Assembly: GCA_013416795.1 (NCBI GenBank)
Contig: RQSC01000028.1
Coordinates: 276,480 to 340,479, forward strand
Source of the DNA: Prasinococcaceae sp. CCMP 1430
Lineage: Eukaryota > Plantae > Prasinodermophyta
DNA: 64,000 nt
Reading direction: 5' to 3'
Shown piece after piece: positions 42,856-56,490 of the stretch (position 1 is the first letter of the stretch; the number at the start of each line of letters is the position of its first letter). Both the position numbers and the translations under genes were made by a program. A model generated the notes under the pieces. The model searched no databases, was not told the origin of the DNA, and worked only from the letters and a program-made list of their open reading frames with translations.

Positions 42856-43504
42856 GGCAGGCGGCGGCCGCCGCCGCTGCCGTCCGTCGCCGCGCGCACC
42901 GCCGCCGGCTCCACCCACTCCCGGCGTTCGCCCCTCTGGCCCTTTCACACCGCGCGCGCGCGCGTCCGGAAGCTTCCCCGCGAACCCTTCCCTTCCGTCT
43001 CCTGCCCTTTCCCCTCCCCCCTTCCTCCCTTCACACACACACACACGCACACACACACGCGCCGGCACGGCGCGCGCGGTGTGGCAACCCGCGCCGCCCG
43101 CGGCAGCTGCGTGCGCTCGTGTTTTGCCCCCCCCTTTTCACAAAGGGCTGCGCGCCCGCCGCTCGGGCGGGCCATCAAAACGAACGCAAATCGCCGCAAA
43201 CCTAAATTAGGGAGCTTTGAAGGCTTTCTGTCTTCACGTGGAAAGTACTCAAACAATCGTAAACCTCAAACCCTGAGAAATGCATTTACCCTATGTTCAT
43301 CAAAGGTCGTACGACGCGGTCGCATTTCGAGCGGTTTTTGGTGGAAAAATATGCGCGCAGAGAAAAAAGTGGATTCGATTTGACGTTGCGTCGTCGGCGC
43401 GTGGCTTTGATGGGGCGGCTGGCGGCGGCTGGCTGGTGCTTGCCACAGCGCGCGCTGGCGTGGCGGCGCCGCCTCGCTACCCCCCCTGCGCCCCTGGCGC
43501 GTCG

Positions 43505-44933
43505 ATGGCGCCGGGCGGGGCATTCGAGGGGCTGTTCGGGGGCGGTGAGGGTGCAGCGGAGGGTAAGGCGGCGCTATTCGCCGGCGGCTCGCGGTTCCGC
43601 GCGTCTCCTCGAGTACCTCGGCGAGCTCGATGCCCCCCGTCTGCTTGATCTTGCCGCGTGGACGGCGCGGGTGACGGCGTCGCAGTGGCGGCCGACAATG
43701 GCGGCGGCGGCGATGGCGGCGACAGCGACGCGCCCGTGCGGCCTGCGGCCGCGGAGCGCCCCCCGGCGCACTCGGCGGAGGAGCTCGAGCGCACGGTGTT
43801 CGTCGGCAACGTGCCTGTGGGGACGCGCCCTCGCAAGCTCAAGACACGCTTCGGCGCGTACGGCCGTGTCGAGTCGGTACGCGTGCGCTCGCTGCCGCTG
43901 GCCGACGGCGCGACTGTGTCGCGCGCGGTCGCTGCGCGCAAGGGCGGCGGCGCGCTCGCGGAGGAGGGATCGATGAATGCGTATGTCAAGTTCTTCGACG
44001 CCGCGCACGCGACTGCCGCGCTGGCGGCCAACATGGAGGAGTTCGAGGGCAGTGTCCTGCGCGTGGACCGTGTGCGCGCGCCCACGCAGAAGGCGAAGAG
44101 CGGTGCCAAGGGGCGCGCCCAGGCCGAGGCCGAGGCCACAGTGACGCTCTACGACCCGCGTCGCACCGTTTTCGTCGGAGGTCTGCCCTACGACGTGCGC
44201 GAGGACGAGCTTGTGCAGCTCTTCGCCAAGCCCGCCCCGGGCGTACCAGCAACCAGCGACTACGGCGTTGAGGCCGTGCGAGTGGTGCGCGAGCGCGCCA
44301 CAGGAAAGGGCAAGGGCGTGGCATACGTGCTTTTCAAAACGCGCACGGGCGCACGAGAGGTACTTGTGCGCAAGGAGCGACCCAAACTGCGCTCCGGCGC
44401 GCAGAAGCGCTCGCTGCGCGTGTCAAAGTGCGAGTCGGTGGAGGGCGGGGTGCGACAGGAGACGCGCGGCGACCGCAGGCAGAAGGAGCGGGCCGCGGCA
44501 GCCAAGGAGGACAACTATGGTGGCGGGGTCGAGCGCAACAAGCGGTCGAGGGACGGCGGGTCTGGCAGAGACGACAGCGGCACTCGCGAAAAGAAACCGA
44601 GGCACAGAGACAGGGACGGGTACGTTCGTCCGCGCGCCCGTGTGCGCCCGCATGCTCTTTGTTCATTGCGTGCGCGACCTGCGCGCTGACTAGTGCGACC
44701 TGTGGCACGGCGTGCGATGCGCTTTTACGACTGGCGCCGGCGCGATGATTTCACCATGCAGCAAGGACGCCGCGAAGAAGGCCAAGAAGACCACCGCGTC
44801 GTACGAAGGCACGCGCGCGGTGCCCGGCGCGTACAAGCTTGCTGCCCCCAACCCGCCGCGCAACGGCGCGAAGCGGCCGTCAGTCATCGCGCGCAAGCAG
44901 AAGCAGCTCAAGTCGAAGAAGGGCAAGAAGTAG
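43505..44933 (+). CDS. RBM34: Nucleolar two-RRM protein RBM34/NOP12-like; introns 43563-43685 and 44620-44761
   Basis: RTVFVGNVP...VESVRVRS, NAYVKF, LRVDR; RTVFVGGLPYD...VRVVRERATGKGKGVAYVLF; basic tail. Both introns are canonical and frame-preserving. Confidence 0.85.
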
Positions 44934-45059
44934 GCAGCTGAATTTCTAATAGAGTAGCTGGGACACATCCAAAGCGGACATAGCGACGGCGCGCGCGCCC
45001 CGAGGAAGTACACATGCGTGATTCACATTCGACGGCGAGCGCGACAAGCCAGCCTAGTT

Positions 45060-47498
45060 CTAGCTGGCCAGCAGCCTTCCGAACATGCTCGCTGCGCGCT
45101 CTCCAAGGCGCCCTGTCCTGCCACTGCCTTCGCCTATCTGCTCGGGTGTGGTCGCCTCCACCCCATCACCGTTTAGGAGCGGCGCGGTGCCCCTCGCCGC
45201 CGATTGCAGCGCGTGGCGCATCAGTCCATTTTGCACGCGACGCAGCGAGGCGTTGTCAGTGAGCACCTCTGCGAGCGCCTTGCGAACTTCGCTCTCAGCA
45301 TCCCGGAGCTCGCGCGAGTGAGCGCTGCCCATATTTGGCTCGCCGTTTGCGCTTGGACCCCCACCGGTGCCCGCAGGCGCGGCCTCGGCGATCAGCTGCG
45401 CTTCGGCGAGCAGGACTCCGATGCGCATGTCGCTCTTTGAAAGCAACTCCTCGTTGCGATCCGTCTCGCCTCCAACGAGGGGCGGCGCAGAGGCGGGCGG
45501 ACTCTCGTCGCCCTCGGCACCGCCACCCGCGCCGTCCGTGCCCCCTGGCGCGCTCTGAGCTTCCTCCGCCGCGAGCCGTTCGACCCCACACGCCGCCATC
45601 CGCTCGCGCAACGCGCTCACCTCCTTGAGCGTCTTCTTCCATGCGGCTGCCTGCGCGGCGCAACTCTGCTCGTACACCTCGAGCAACGCGGTGCGTTCTC
45701 TCCTGGCCTCGGCGGACTCAGCGTGCGCCGCCTGCAGCTCTCCCGCGTGCGCCTCGGCCGCTCGCCGCAGGGACTTCACCTCGCCCGCGAGCACTTTTCG
45801 TTCCGCCTTGACCCGCGCCTCCGCTGTGGCCTTGGCTGAGAGCGCCTCAGCGAGCGATGTCTCTGTCCGCGCCTTGTCCTCCAATGCTGTGGCTTCGGCA
45901 GCCTCCGCCACGGCCTTGGCAGAGAGCGCGTCTGCCAGGGCGGCGCCTACACGCGCCTTCTCTGTAGCGTTTGCCGAAGCAGCCGCCCGCGCCTCATCGA
46001 GCTCTTGCGCCAGGGCAGCGGCCTGTCGCTGGGCGTTCTCCTCGGCTAAGACAGCCCGCCTCTCGATGGCCGCCGCGCGCTCCTCTGCCGTCACCGCACG
46101 CCGCTCCAACGCGCTCACGCGCTCGGACGCCGTAGCCTCGCGCTGCTGCGCCGTCTGCAGGGCCGCAGCAAGCTCGGCAGCCTGACCCTGAGCATGAGCT
46201 TGTTCCACAAACGCCCCGCCCGCCTCCGTTTCACCCCTGCCGTCGCCCCTGTCCACGCTTGTGCCATTCACGGCGCCACTTTTGCCGTCTGCAGCTGCCT
46301 CCCTGAGGCGCGCAATCTCCTCATTGGCCACTCCTAAGGCATCGGCGAGCATTCTCACGTCCGCCTCGGCGGTTGCGGCCCGGCTGCGTATTGCCGACAG
46401 CGCGCGGCGCACGCGCGCGCGGCTGCTCTCGTGGAGTCTCAGGTGATCGCCTCCACCCGCGGGGTCAGTGCGACTGCCGCCGGCGCCACCGCCGTTGGCC
46501 GCAGCCTTCAGGTTCGGACTGCCCAGGCCATCGAGCTCTGCGAGCGCACCCAGCTCCGCGAGGTCATCCGCCGGCGCCCTGCCACTGGCCGCGCCCCCTC
46601 TGCTCGTGCCCTCGCCGGACAGCGCCCTCTGCATCTGGTCGAATGCAGCTGGCACGCTGGATGCGGGGGATCCAACGTGCGCAACCGCAAGGCGCGCCTG
46701 TGCTTGTTCCATGATGGTCAGCGATGGTGGCGTGGTCGAGACTGATGCCTCCGAGGACGCGGTCTCGGACAAGCTGCGGCTGTCGTCCCTGGCTGCGCGC
46801 TGCACCGTCGCCCAGTCCTGCTCGCCGTCATCGGCGCGTGCGGACGAGGGGCCGCCGGGTGTCGAGTCGGGCCTTCCGGTCGGCCCTGGGCGATCACGCG
46901 CAGCGGCGCCCATCGCCTCCTCCGAGGTCGCGGCCGCCACGAGCAGTGCCACCGTTGGGTCACGCGAGCGGCGCTGCGTGGCGAGCCCAGCGTCGGCGCC
47001 TGGCGCCTCGCCGAGCGCCGCCGAGTGCGCCGCGGCGAGCAGCTCTTTCTCGTCGACCTCCCATCGCAGCGCGGCGGCCGCACAGCACCTCGCTGCTGGC
47101 GCGAGCTCCAAGAAGCCACCCATCGCGCGGCACCTGCTGATATCCACGTCGCCCAGCAGCGTCCATAGCCACTGTTCGAGCGCCGCGCGCCGCTCGTGCG
47201 CAGCGGCCTCATCCCGCCCGGCGCCGCCGAACGCCGAGAAGCGCTGCTTGGGCGGTGGCGTCGGCAGCTTCTTCCGCGGGAAGGCCTCGCGCAGCAGCAG
47301 GTACAGCCTGCGAAACTCGCTGTACCGGCGCAATATCGCCCGCTTCGTCGTCGTGCCCGCGGGTGACTGCACGCCCACCTCCACGCGATACAGCACAGTG
47401 ACGTCGCCGTTGTGCAAGCGCGTCGTCCACGACGGCACGATCACCGAAAAGCTCCAGCCCCCGAGCGGGTCGTGGGGCCAGCCCGTCAGGACTTCGCT
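45060..47498 (-). CDS. PX-domain coiled-coil protein (plant EREX/EREL-like); first exon not identified
   Basis: WPHDPLGGWSFSVIVPSW, LYRVEVGVQSP, ILRRYSEF and ERRAALEQWLWTLLGDVDI...FLEL match the plant EREX pattern. Long coiled coil follows. Acceptor cag at 47499-47501 with a ctgac branch. Confidence 0.85.
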   Translation of the reverse strand, partial: SEVLTGWPHDPLGGWSFSVIVPSWTTRLHNGDVTVLYRVEVGVQSPAGTTTKRAILRRYSEFRRLYLLLREAFPRKKLPTPPPKQRFSAFGGAGRDEAAAHERRAALEQWLWTLLGDVDISRCRAMGGFLELAPAARCCAAAALRWEVDEKELLAAAHSAALGEAPGADAGLATQRRSRDPTVALLVAAATSEEAMGAAARDRPGPTGRPDSTPGGPSSARADDGEQDWATVQRAARDDSRSLSETASSEASVSTTPPSLTIMEQAQARLAVAHVGSPASSVPAAFDQMQRALSGEGTSRGGAASGRAPADDLAELGALAELDGLGSPNLKAAANGGGAGGSRTDPAGGGDHLRLHESSRARVRRALSAIRSRAATAEADVRMLADALGVANEEIARLREAAADGKSGAVNGTSVDRGDGRGETEAGGAFVEQAHAQGQAAELAAALQTAQQREATASERVSALERRAVTAEERAAAIERRAVLAEENAQRQAAALAQELDEARAAASANATEKARVGAALADALSAKAVAEAAEATALEDKARTETSLAEALSAKATAEARVKAERKVLAGEVKSLRRAAEAHAGELQAAHAESAEARRERTALLEVYEQSCAAQAAAWKKTLKEVSALRERMAACGVERLAAEEAQSAPGGTDGAGGGAEGDESPPASAPPLVGGETDRNEELLSKSDMRIGVLLAEAQLIAEAAPAGTGGGPSANGEPNMGSAHSRELRDAESEVRKALAEVLTDNASLRRVQNGLMRHALQSAARGTAPLLNGDGVEATTPEQIGEGSGRTGRLGERAASMFGRLLAS

Positions 47499-47817
47499 CT
47501 GCGACGGGCGGAACGGAGCGCGTCAGCATGGGGGGAGGGCGTGAGGGTGGGTGGGTGGGTGGGTGGGTGGGTGGGTGGGGGGCAGCCAGCGGCTGTCAGC
47601 GGTGAGGCGCGGCTGCGGGATCTACTCGCTGCAGCGGGTGCGCACGCGCTGCAGCGCACGCCCGCGGGCTTCGCGAGGCGCGCCCCCTCTCCGGCGCCTG
47701 CCGCCCGCCGGCACAGCGCGCGCCTCTGGCGCCCGCGCGCGCGCGCGCTCGGGGGAACGGTTTCGAACGCGCCCAACCCCAAACCCCAATCCTTCCCTAT
47801 TTACGGTAGGGTCTTAA

Positions 47818-47989
47818 AAAGATTCATGGACGTACGTACCTACTAACTCTCCCGTGGGTCGCATACAAGCGCGCGCGCGACTCGCGTTCGCACCGCGCGC
47901 CGCGGAGCCGATCAAACTCAAAGATTCATACGTACTCTCCCGTGGGGCGCATACACGCGCGCGCGCGAGTCGCGTTCGCATCGGCTCCG
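47818..47989. repeat. Imperfect direct duplication (about 60-75 bp), second copy bracketed by 10-bp inverted repeats
   Basis: aaagattcat...ctctcccgtggg.cgcataca.gcgcgcgcgcga.tcgcgttcgca at 47818-47892 and 47920-47980. cggagccgat (47903-47912) pairs with atcggctccg (47980-47989). Confidence 0.8.
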
Positions 47990-49292
47990 AAGCCCCCCTG
48001 CCTGGGTGGCGTGTGCGTGACGAGGGTCTACCCAAACGCGGTGCGCGCGGTGGGGGGCGGTGCGGCGAGGCGCGGCGCGGCGCGTCTCTCACCAGCGCCG
48101 TCGGCGCGGCGACCATCGCCACCTCCCGCGCGCTCATGGCGATCCCTCCTCCTCTCACCCCCCCCACCCCGCCCCCCCCCCCTCGGAGGCGGGCGGGGCG
48201 CGCGCTGTGGCGGCATCGGCATCTGCTGCGGCGCGCCAGCGCGGAAGCGCTGCCGCAGGCAGCATCACAACGCACGTCGACGTCGACCAACACCCACCTG
48301 ACGAAGGCTCGTGTTTTCTCTTTTTTTTTTTTTTTCCCCAGCAGGCGAGGCAAGCGCCGAAGTTAGGGGTACGGTACTGCATTGGACAACAACATTCGTT
48401 TTGGGTTGGGAGCGTGGGGTCTGGGATGGCCATGGATGCCGGATGGGGCCCGGCGGGGTGCAGGGCGCCGGGCCGCACGTGGTGTGTGCGTGTGCCATGT
48501 GCACGCGCGCGTTGAACCCTGGACGCCGAGCGCACGTCGTCCCGTCTCCGCGCCCCGCGAGCGCGCGCGCCATCAGCGCTGATGGATCCTGGGCGCGCGG
48601 CGTCGAGCGTCTGCGTCGGTCGAAGGGCTGCTCACACGCATCCCCGCAGCTTGCTCCAGAGAGCGAAAGATGACGCCAGTTCGCGCCAGCGCGAGCTCCG
48701 GCTGGCGCACAGCGCCAGCACGGTGGCACGTGCGCCTCGCGCCCGCGCGACAGCCTCGACAGTGCCCGCACCAGCACCTGCGCCTGCGCCTGCACCTGCG
48801 CCTGCACCTGCCCGCACAGCGCGCCGTGGCGCCTTTTTTTCCGGCCGCCCGAGCGATGCGCGACGCGCACAGCCGCACATCCCCCTCCCTCAAAAAACGC
48901 CGAAAAGTCCGCCCGGGGCGCCGCGCCCGTCATCCGCGCGGTGTTTTTGGGGCCGCCCCCAATCATTACGAAGGCGCGGTTTTGGGCGGCGGAATTTCGC
49001 GACGCGGCGCCACACGGCGCGCGCGGGGTGGTGGTGTGGGGCGGTGTGTGTGTAGGGGGGTGAGGGGTGTTGTAGCTGTAACTGCGGACCTGCGGGTCGC
49101 AGGTGGGGGCGGAGGGGGTATCAGGGGGGAGTGTCGGGCGGGCGGCGCGGCGCGGCGCGGCGCGCCCGGGTTTGAGGAGGTGGAGGCGGGGAGTGAAGGA
49201 AGCGGAGGCGCGTGGAGCTGCTGCTCCGCACGTGGCGCGCAGGACGCGCGCGCGCGAAAATATTTTCGTGCGGCGGCCCGGGGGTGCGCCGG

Positions 49293-51629
49293 ATGCCAAG
49301 GGGCGACGCGCCCTCGGGCAGGCGTGCGGACTCCGAGTCGGAGCGCGGGGGTGGGGCCGCCACCGGCGGCGGCGCGGGCGCGGAGGAGGGAAACCCGGGC
49401 ACCTCAGAGAAAGTCGCGTGCGGCGGCGACCGGTCCGGTCGAAGCAAGAAAACGAAGAGATGCAGTGGTGACGCGGTGGTCGGCTCCGAGGCGGGGGCCA
49501 GCGGGGGCACCAGCCGCGTGGGCCACAAGAGCGACGCCCGGGCGACCGCGAAGAGACGTGCGGGTGGCAAGAAGGTTGCCACGGCCGCTAGCGCCGCGAG
49601 GGGCGGCACCCGCAAGCGCTCCAGTGAGAGGACGAGCGGTAGCAGGTCGAGCGCGGCCTCGGGTGCTGCCAGGGCGAAGCAGCAAGCGGCCAAGCGGCGC
49701 GCGAAAGCCGCGGAGGAGAGCATCGCGGAGAGTAGCGCGTCCTGGCTCGCCGCAGCTCGCGAGCAGCCGCGACCGCAACAGTACTGCGAAGTGCCCTACT
49801 GCCAGCCGCAGCTGCACGCACGGCAGCAGCAACATGGGCGGGTCCAGCAGCAGGAACGAGGCATTGTGAGCAATCCTTCGACGCTCGGGGGCGACCCCGG
49901 TCCAGAGACGGCAGATCTGTCGTTCGACGAGGTATTTGCAGCATTCGGCGGCGACGAGGGCGGCGACCTCGGTCTGGGCAGCGCGGAGGCGCTCCGCCGC
50001 TCGGTGGACGTGGGCCTCCAGCACGGGCACTCTGGCAACTGGGCTGCCGTCGTGGACGACGCGCTCCGGGAGGAGGCCCGACCCCTTGCTCTCCAGCACC
50101 AGCGGGAGCAGTGCGCCGCGCCCTGCCGCCAGGACGTCCGCCATAACGTCGCACCGCACGCTCTAGCGGCCGAGATTCGGCAGCATGATGCATCGCGCGC
50201 CGCGGCCGTCGACCTGTCCGCTCTGCGTGACGACGGCCTCGATGCGGTGGATCAGGCCATGCTTGAAAGCCTGGTTGCTGGAGAGAGCAATGGAGATCAC
50301 CAATGTGCAGACACAGGCATAGTCAATCAGCTGCGCGAGCATGCGCCAGGGGCGGCAGGAACTTACCACGAGGAGTACTATCGCAACGACTCCGGACAAC
50401 GCCGATCTGAAAGGTCACTGTTGCTCCGCGGCACCCGCCACGGGGAGCCGCCTGCGGCAAGAGCTCAGACGCCGTTCGCCCCATCGTCTATGCCCGCAAT
50501 GTCCCACGGCGCTCCAAGTCTGCCATCGACACAGGCGGCCACCCCTGTGGCGCCCCAGGCCGAAGTGCGCAACGAGAGCCTCCGGCCGGCGCCCCTGGGA
50601 CATCAGGCACTCGCATCTCCGGTGACAGCACCAGATACCCAGCCGCGCATGGTGTGGCACAATGGCAGCCCCGCCCCTCTGGCCTGCTGCGTTGAGGGCA
50701 GCCCTGTGGCACTGCCCTATCATGGCGCGTCTGAGTTGATGCAGCCGGCAAGTCTGCCAGGCCACCTTCACGATCAGCACCCGCTCCCGGCATCTCCGCA
50801 AGTCGCTGTTGTGCACCGGCGCGCATCAGCTCCGCCAGGCTCGCTGACTATCGACAGGCAGGTGCGTGTGCCTGCACGAACACCAGTTGGAGCAATACAA
50901 GCTGGCGCGTACTACCCCGGCGGGGTGGTCACAGGCAAGCCCGTGCGCGTCGCCCGCAGCATCTCGCTGTCGACCTCACCGACGATGCGCTCGGCCCCGC
51001 GGTCGCATCAGGCACCTTCGAGCGGAGGCGGTCCCGGCCCTCGCTTGGGACATATCGTCGCCGGGACCACATACTTCAATCGTTTCGCGAACGATCCAGC
51101 AGCGCCGCAAATCCGGCATTCGCCGCACTCGGTGCACTCAACCCCCGGTGACGGCGGCACGCCTCGCGGGATGACTAGGCATGCTGCAGGCACCCGCCAG
51201 GCGCTTGTTCGAACGACTAGCACCCCTGCGGCTCATGTACATCATCGGCAAGAAGCCGACAGCGCAACGATGATGGGAACGCCTAAGGCATCGGACATGC
51301 GCGCCATCCGTGCAATGGATAGCACGCTCGATGCTGTCATGGGGCAGCCGATGGTGGGTAAGGTGAGCCTCGCTTGTGGCGTGCAATCAGGCCTCGGCAG
51401 CGCTCCAACGTCCGCGACGCCCGATGATGCTCCCGATGGGCGCATGCGCGTCGGCGGCGGCCCGCCGCAGGGGTTGTCGTCGCTGCCGATGTTGGTTTCG
51501 CCGACTGGCAGGATCATATCACACTGGCCCGCTTCGACACCGCCGCCGCAGCGCCCACGCGTGTGCACGGTTGCCACGGGCGCGCCGCGCATCGACTGCG
51601 AGTGGCCAGCAGGCCCGCAGCAACAATGA
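49293..51629 (+). CDS. Large predicted-disordered protein of unknown function with a basic N-terminus
   Basis: Uninterrupted ORF of about 780 aa with NLS-like K/R clusters and acidic-hydrophobic patches. No domain recognised. Confidence 0.55.
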   Translation: MPRGDAPSGRRADSESERGGGAATGGGAGAEEGNPGTSEKVACGGDRSGRSKKTKRCSGDAVVGSEAGASGGTSRVGHKSDARATAKRRAGGKKVATAASAARGGTRKRSSERTSGSRSSAASGAARAKQQAAKRRAKAAEESIAESSASWLAAAREQPRPQQYCEVPYCQPQLHARQQQHGRVQQQERGIVSNPSTLGGDPGPETADLSFDEVFAAFGGDEGGDLGLGSAEALRRSVDVGLQHGHSGNWAAVVDDALREEARPLALQHQREQCAAPCRQDVRHNVAPHALAAEIRQHDASRAAAVDLSALRDDGLDAVDQAMLESLVAGESNGDHQCADTGIVNQLREHAPGAAGTYHEEYYRNDSGQRRSERSLLLRGTRHGEPPAARAQTPFAPSSMPAMSHGAPSLPSTQAATPVAPQAEVRNESLRPAPLGHQALASPVTAPDTQPRMVWHNGSPAPLACCVEGSPVALPYHGASELMQPASLPGHLHDQHPLPASPQVAVVHRRASAPPGSLTIDRQVRVPARTPVGAIQAGAYYPGGVVTGKPVRVARSISLSTSPTMRSAPRSHQAPSSGGGPGPRLGHIVAGTTYFNRFANDPAAPQIRHSPHSVHSTPGDGGTPRGMTRHAAGTRQALVRTTSTPAAHVHHRQEADSATMMGTPKASDMRAIRAMDSTLDAVMGQPMVGKVSLACGVQSGLGSAPTSATPDDAPDGRMRVGGGPPQGLSSLPMLVSPTGRIISHWPASTPPPQRPRVCTVATGAPRIDCEWPAGPQQQ

Positions 51630-51935
51630 CGCAAGCGGCCACAAGAGACAGCAGCAGCGCGCCATGGACAATCTCGGACAACCTCGCTGAGCTGGGGTTG
51701 ACACGTGTATTCACGTGCTTTATTCGTGGCGCAGCGCTATCTACATCGTAGACTACTAACTGTCTAGGGTGCAGTACTTCTTTGTGGCGACGAGCCTTGT
51801 AACTAGTCACTCTAGAGAGAACGTATGGAAGTCTTAGTACTGCACATCCTACCTCTCTGCGCTAGCCAGAGAGCACCGCATTGCCTGAAGCCGCAATGGC
51901 GCGAATCCAGCACGGGGGTCGTCACAAACGAAAGG

Positions 51936-54199
<2,264 letters not shown>

Positions 54200-54726
54200 G
54201 GCGCACGAGTGTGCGCTGCGCCTGCGGCGCTCGGAGTGGCGCCGCGCGTGCCCGGAGCGCGTTGCGTCGCGCGCCGTGTGACCGATCACAGAATTGAGGC
54301 GGTGCGAGCGCCATCAAACGCCATTCGAACGCGCACCGCCGCAGGCAAGAGCCGCTCAGGGCAGCCAGCGCACCGCGGCAGGCCATGAATTCACAACAGA
54401 TGGCACGGCCGCCCAGCAGAAGTACTGTACAACATGTTCGTTGCGCTACACTGGGAAAGCAGGAGTACTACTCGTCGTGGGTGCCGCCGCAGCCTGGGCA
54501 GGCGGCACTAGTGGCGGGGCGAGCGCCCGCAGCCGGGGTAAATGTCGAGCGGGAGGTGTGTAGGCTATGCTTCTCCTTGAATATCAGCTCCTCGTGTTGC
54601 TTGAGCAGATGCGCTTGCTGGTATCGTAGGCCGCGCAGCGCGCATGCACTGTGCACGCACTGCAGGCGGCAGTTGCCGGCATCATTCCCGGTGTTCAAGC
54701 CTGTCCAGTAGAACCGCGCCGACCCT

Positions 54727-55939
54727 TCAGTCGCTCATCAGCCTCTGCCGCTTCGCTGGCGAGGCGTCAGCCGCGACCGCGTCAGGAGCGTTGACGCGAT
54801 CACGTTCGTGCCCCGACTCAGGGTCGCTGTCACCGAGGACTGGCACCAGATTTTCGCAGGCTGCCGGCGCATCGGCAGCACCAGCGGCCTGGGCCTGCAT
54901 CGCGCCTCCGCAGGCGGTGACGAGCGCGGCGTCCTCGAGCCGGCGCAGAATGGCGTTGCTTGCGCTCTGGGTCTCCTCGAGGAGCCGACGATACTCATCT
55001 CTCTCTGTCGTCACCCTCTCGAGCGACGAGCGCACTTGCGCAATCTCGTCGGACTTTGCTGAGGTGGCGAGCTTCGCGTCGTCCAGATCGGCATTCACGA
55101 CCTGCAGCTTTGCCTCGAGCTCGCGCATCTGCGAAGCGAGCGCGTCGCCACGGCGGCGCTCAGCCTCGAGCTCTGCCTTGGCCTTTGTCGCATCGGCTGC
55201 GCGCTGCTTGGCGCGCTGAACGATGCCACTCGCGCCTCGGGCGAGTGCCGCGGCACGCTGCGCGGTTGCGGCAGACTCTTGCTCCATGCGCGCGACCGCA
55301 GCCGCGGTGGCAGCAGCGGACTCCTCTGCTTGCCGCATGGCATCCTCAGCAGCGCTTGTAACGAGAGAGTGACTTTTCAGGTCCGCAGTGAGCCTGCCAA
55401 TGAGCGACGCCGTCGAACAATTGGCCTTTTCGAGTTCCTCGCAGCGGGCCTGCAACGCCGCGCGCGTGGCGTCCCTAGCAGTACTCGAGGCATCAAGTTC
55501 CTTGCGCAGGAGGCTCACCTTGTTGAGGCATCCAGTAGCGAACGCCGAACATGCATAGCGCCGGTCAGCGTACCACACACTGCGGAAAATGCGCGCACTC
55601 GAGCACGACGCATCCGCGTGACCCCGGACACACCTTGGTCGCCAGGGCCAATTTCTCTGCCCGCAGCGCCTCGTTGGCCTCCACAGCCTCTGCAGCCTCA
55701 GCACGTGCGGCGGAGAGCGCCGCCACATCGCTGACCCCTGCTGCAGCCTCTGCTGGGGCGACTCCATCTCGTTGCGCCTGCTTGCGACGCTGCTCTTGTC
55801 CCGTGTGCTGCTGCTGCGTGCGCCCCCCTCGCGTGCCAGCCGTGAGGAGCGCCTGCTCGAGTGGCCCCGCAGATTCACGCAGCTCGCGGCCGAGTGCATC
55901 TAGCTTCTGCAGCAGGCGCGCACTGAGCATGTGCGCCAT
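54727..55939 (-). CDS. Coiled-coil protein of unknown function, 2 exons (55939-55634, 55518-54727)
   Basis: Heptad-rich A/E/R sequence. The AAG|gtgtgt donor and aag acceptor are in frame. C-terminal NLS-like PAKRQRL. Confidence 0.55.
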
Positions 55940-56490
55940 GGTGGCCACGCCCCACGGCGCAAAGGCGCTCGTCGCGCTCGCTGCGCTCACCACTGAATCA
56001 AGCAAGGGTGTTGCACAGCCCAACTTGAACAATTCGACACCACCACCACCGGGTCCGCAAGGAGAGCAAAAAAGGCGCCCCAGCCGCGCCTCCCCCTTTT
56101 CTCGTGGTGGCACGCCGCGAGACCAGCCCAGACGTGCACCGGTGTAGCTCAGCACCGCCCGCGAGACTGATGCCCACGGTGCGGCGCGCGCGGCGAGTGG
56201 CGCACGCCCACATTGGAACTATATCACGTCAGAGGCGCCTTTCAAAAAAAAAAAAAAGACCATGTGCTCACGCGTGCACCATGCACGAACCTGCGCGGCC
56301 AGCGTGACCCCCGCAGCGCGGCGCCCGATGGCTCAGTCGAACACATGTGCCGTCTTTACTGTATGCGCGAAGCGGTCATCCACACCGGCAGAGTGCCGCT
56401 TCTGCGTCTGCCTACCCCGCGCTCCTGCGCTTGTTCTGCAGCGTGCGCTTGCCAGAGTGGGCACGCCCTCGCGAGCCTGCGCTGCGGCCT

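Noticed and set aside
43646-43648. In-frame TGA between two same-frame ORFs of the RBM34 gene, suggesting readthrough or selenocysteine
   Set aside because: A canonical 123-nt G|gtaagg...cgcag intron (43563-43685) removes it and preserves the frame.
54294-54711. Short ORFs on both strands between DED1 and the coiled-coil gene
   Set aside because: No start or splice logic links them to a gene. The region is more simply 3' UTR plus promoter.
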